This document shows, one piece after another, positions 29,311 through 32,000 of a stretch of 32,000 nt of DNA. The translations under genes were made by a program, and so were the position numbers. The stretch is from Pasteurella multocida (GTDB taxonomy: Bacteria; Pseudomonadota; Gammaproteobacteria; Enterobacterales; Pasteurellaceae), in NCBI RefSeq assembly GCF_900187275.1, contig NZ_LT906458.1:870001-902000 (forward strand). The letters are read 5' to 3'. The notes under the pieces are model-generated. The model was not told the DNA's origin, ran no database searches, and saw only the letters and a list, made by a program, of their open reading frames with translations. Positions within the stretch are counted from its first letter, which is position 1; every line of letters starts with the position of its first letter.

Positions 29311-32000
29311 ATGAAAAAATTGACCGCACTTTTCCTTATCATTTGCACGTTGATTGCTTGCCAAAGTATGCCTTCCTCTCCTCAGGCATCACTCCCGTTT
29401 GATCCAGCTATTCAACATGGTAAATTAGCGAATGGGCTAACTTATTATGTCGTACGAAATCCTGAGCCGGCGCATCGTGTCTATATTCGTTTAGTTGTGA
29501 ATGCCGGATCACTGCACGAAGATGAGGATCAAAAAGGGGTGGCACATTTAGTCGAACACATGGCATTTAATGGCTCTCATCGATTCCCTGAAAATCAAAT
29601 CATTAATGCACTTGAAAAATTAGGAATGAAATTTGCACGGGACATTAATGCATTTACCGATTTTGAAAATACGGTTTATACCCTTAATTTAGACAAAAAT
29701 GATCCTCAAAGCCTGACTTTAGCTTTTGAGGTGTTAAATGAGTGGATGCACCACTTAACGATTCTGGAAAAAGACTTAGATAATGAACGTGGTATTGTAC
29801 AGGAAGAATGGCGACGACGTTTAAGCCCAATGTTACGTTTAGGTGACAAAAAAAGTGCGGTAGAAATGGCGGGGTCACGCTATGCTGTACGCGATCCAAT
29901 TGGCGATATGAATATTATTCGCACGATTTCAAGACAGCGTGTGGCTGATTTTTATCACAAATGGTACCGACCTGATAATATGGCGGTGATCATTGTGGGT
30001 GATATTGATGCTCAACAAGTCACCTCTCAGTTAAAAGCGCAGATAGGGAGTATAAACTCACACTCAACTTCCCCCTTACCACCAATTGATTTTTCTATTC
30101 CATTCGTTAACCAATGGCGCGTTGCAGGTATTTCTGAAAAAGGTACCTATATTCCCACACTTGAATTAAGCTTTTTTGAAAAATTTACAGAGCAAAATAC
30201 CCTCGCTGCATATAAACAAGACTTGATTCAACAAATCCTGATTCGTCTGATAAATTTACGTTTACAAGATTGGGAACAAGTCAAACAGCAAAAAGTTGAA
30301 TCAGCAAATTTTTACCGCACCCATTTAGGAAAAGAAACGCTACAAAATATTTTCTTGCTACAACTTTTTGATACTGACTACCAAAAAGCCACACAATCCT
30401 TATTCCAATTTATCGCAGAAATTCAGCAACACGGCTTTTCTGCGCAAGAATTTCAACAAGAAAAAGCGCGGTTAGTCCAATTAAATGAAAAACAACGCAG
30501 TCTCAAAGCTGGGAGTTTAAAAATCGCAGATGATCTCGTTATTTCTGCGGCAAATCAGCAAGTCGTGATAAGTCAACAAGATCGATATCGACTCAATCAA
30601 CGCTTTTTGCAAGAAATCCGTTTAGAAGAACTGAATCAGGCATTTCAACATCTCATTACTATTCAAGCCAAACTCCTGTTAGTTACTCAACCTTATCCCG
30701 CGACACCATTGACGTTAACGGTAAATAAAGTGGCACAGTTGTGGCAAGAAACACAGCATACTGCGCAACATACTTGGCATACACCTAGAACCTCTGGAAA
30801 AATGCCTGCATTGTCCTTCCCTAAAGGGCAAATCAAACAAAGCAAACATTGGAAAAAAGGCGATATTACGGAATATCAATTAAGCAATGGAAGCAAATTG
30901 ATTTACCATTATAGCGATAAAACACCCAATCAAGTGTATTTTAAAGCTGTTACAGCGGGAGGATTACGTTCTGTAGCCCCTAGTGATTACCATCGCTTTA
31001 AAAGTGCGGTGACATTAACTGATGATTCTGGTATTGGTCCATTAAGCTTGTCGGAAATCAATGATTTATTTCGCCAGCATCCTATCGCATTGGCGACTGT
31101 AGTTGATGACTATAAACAAGGTTTTACCGCAGTAGGAAAACCCGAACAAATGGCTGATTTACTCAAATTATTTCGCTTGAAATTACAAGGAACAGCAATT
31201 AGCGAACCCGTTTTTGAACGTTACCAAAAAGAAACTCAAGATTATTTCCGTCAAGTAGATAAAGAAACGGAATTTATGCAAAAATTATCACGTTTACGTT
31301 ATCCCAACATGGCCACAGTGTATAGCCAAAATAAAAAAGAAGCCTTATCGTTTTCTCGTCAGGAACTCACCCAATTCTATGACTCGGTGATGTTAGATAA
31401 AACGGATTTCACATATTTTCTTATTGGCGATCTCCCTCAACAAGAGGCAGAAAAGCTGGCACAAACGTATTTAGCCTCAGTAGAGATCAAACACTCACCT
31501 CGTCATTATTACGATAGTTCGCCTATCACACCCGCCAATCATTTTGTCATGCATGGCTTAGATGAACCACGTGCTGATGTCGAGATTTATTTCAGTACAC
31601 CGAATCAATGGACACCTGAACTACAATATCAGTTAGATCTCTTAGCAGATGTACTGCAAGAAGTGCTTCGCTTAACACTGCGAGAACAATCATCAGGTAT
31701 CTATGCTGTGAATAGTTGGTTTAATCAAGAAAAATCACATGCGCGCCTAGAGGGGAAAATTGAATTCAGTTGCGCCCCTGATCGCGTGGCAGAACTGACC
31801 GCACAAACGTACCATATTTTAGATGAAATCATGCAAAAAGGCGTTTCCGCCAGCTTATTAGAAAAGAAACGAAGTGAGAAACAAACACAAATCAAATTCC
31901 AATTTGATTCATTAGTGTCTATTGCCATGCTAATTGAACAAAGCTTTTGGCATACTCAAAGTCCAGATGAAATTTATCTGTATCAAAGACTCGAAGACAT
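29311..32000 (+). CDS. pqqL: M16-family zinc metallopeptidase (PqqL/FusC-like), predicted lipoprotein, 3'-truncated by window edge
   Basis: My translation gives an open frame from ATG 29311 to the end: MKKLTALFLIICTLIACQSMPSSPQ... (lipobox LIAC), RLVVNAGSLHEDEDQKGVAHLVEHMAFNGS (inverted zinc motif HLVEH), downstream EEW. Absent from the ORF track because it has no stop in the window. Confidence 0.88.
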   Translation, partial: MKKLTALFLIICTLIACQSMPSSPQASLPFDPAIQHGKLANGLTYYVVRNPEPAHRVYIRLVVNAGSLHEDEDQKGVAHLVEHMAFNGSHRFPENQIINALEKLGMKFARDINAFTDFENTVYTLNLDKNDPQSLTLAFEVLNEWMHHLTILEKDLDNERGIVQEEWRRRLSPMLRLGDKKSAVEMAGSRYAVRDPIGDMNIIRTISRQRVADFYHKWYRPDNMAVIIVGDIDAQQVTSQLKAQIGSINSHSTSPLPPIDFSIPFVNQWRVAGISEKGTYIPTLELSFFEKFTEQNTLAAYKQDLIQQILIRLINLRLQDWEQVKQQKVESANFYRTHLGKETLQNIFLLQLFDTDYQKATQSLFQFIAEIQQHGFSAQEFQQEKARLVQLNEKQRSLKAGSLKIADDLVISAANQQVVISQQDRYRLNQRFLQEIRLEELNQAFQHLITIQAKLLLVTQPYPATPLTLTVNKVAQLWQETQHTAQHTWHTPRTSGKMPALSFPKGQIKQSKHWKKGDITEYQLSNGSKLIYHYSDKTPNQVYFKAVTAGGLRSVAPSDYHRFKSAVTLTDDSGIGPLSLSEINDLFRQHPIALATVVDDYKQGFTAVGKPEQMADLLKLFRLKLQGTAISEPVFERYQKETQDYFRQVDKETEFMQKLSRLRYPNMATVYSQNKKEALSFSRQELTQFYDSVMLDKTDFTYFLIGDLPQQEAEKLAQTYLASVEIKHSPRHYYDSSPITPANHFVMHGLDEPRADVEIYFSTPNQWTPELQYQLDLLADVLQEVLRLTLREQSSGIYAVNSWFNQEKSHARLEGKIEFSCAPDRVAELTAQTYHILDEIMQKGVSASLLEKKRSEKQTQIKFQFDSLVSIAMLIEQSFWHTQSPDEIYLYQRLED

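Noticed and set aside
28198-31928. Minus-strand ORFs opposite the receptor and protease (28198-28395, 29684-29899, 31725-31928)
   Set aside because: Shadow ORFs opposite long coding frames. The protease frame itself is real although missing from the track.
1-32000. CRISPR arrays, tRNA/rRNA genes, IS elements, toxin-antitoxin or phage-defence systems
   Set aside because: Looked for spaced direct repeats, transposase or defence-type motifs and RNA genes; none was seen. This was a visual inspection, so a covariance-model or repeat-finder scan would be needed to exclude them.

Overview
The window reads as a typical Pasteurellaceae chromosome segment, most consistent with Pasteurella multocida. 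It carries hexDCBA-type capsule export genes, several perfect 9-bp AAGTGCGGT uptake-signal cores and Pasteurella-like proteins. Gene order: capsule export end (hexD 3' end, hexC, hexB, hexA); grxD; a TPM-domain/LemA cluster; ompA; ydiJ-menI-hemH; selD; an L-idonate/gluconate catabolic cluster (gntK, a LacI-family regulator, divergent idnD-idnO and TRAP transporter dctPQM); metC; 2-Cys peroxiredoxin; yciH-pyrF; lapB-lapA; ihfB-rpsA-cmk; a TonB-dependent receptor; and an M16 zinc protease that runs off the 3' edge and is absent from the supplied ORF track. Most noteworthy: (1) the TonB receptor plus M16 protease lipoprotein pair, resembling FusA/FusC and YddB/PqqL iron-protein piracy systems, with a candidate promoter and Fur box, an in-frame G8 tract that could phase-vary, and an intercistronic hairpin; (2) the idonate/gluconate cluster that uses a TRAP transporter instead of an IdnT/GntT permease, with a near-consensus CRP site, a LacI-type operator and a perfect 28-bp palindrome between dctP and dctQ; (3) a 24-codon apparent remnant of a GntR-type repressor between selD and gntK. 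I saw no CRISPR array, transposon, prophage, tRNA or rRNA.
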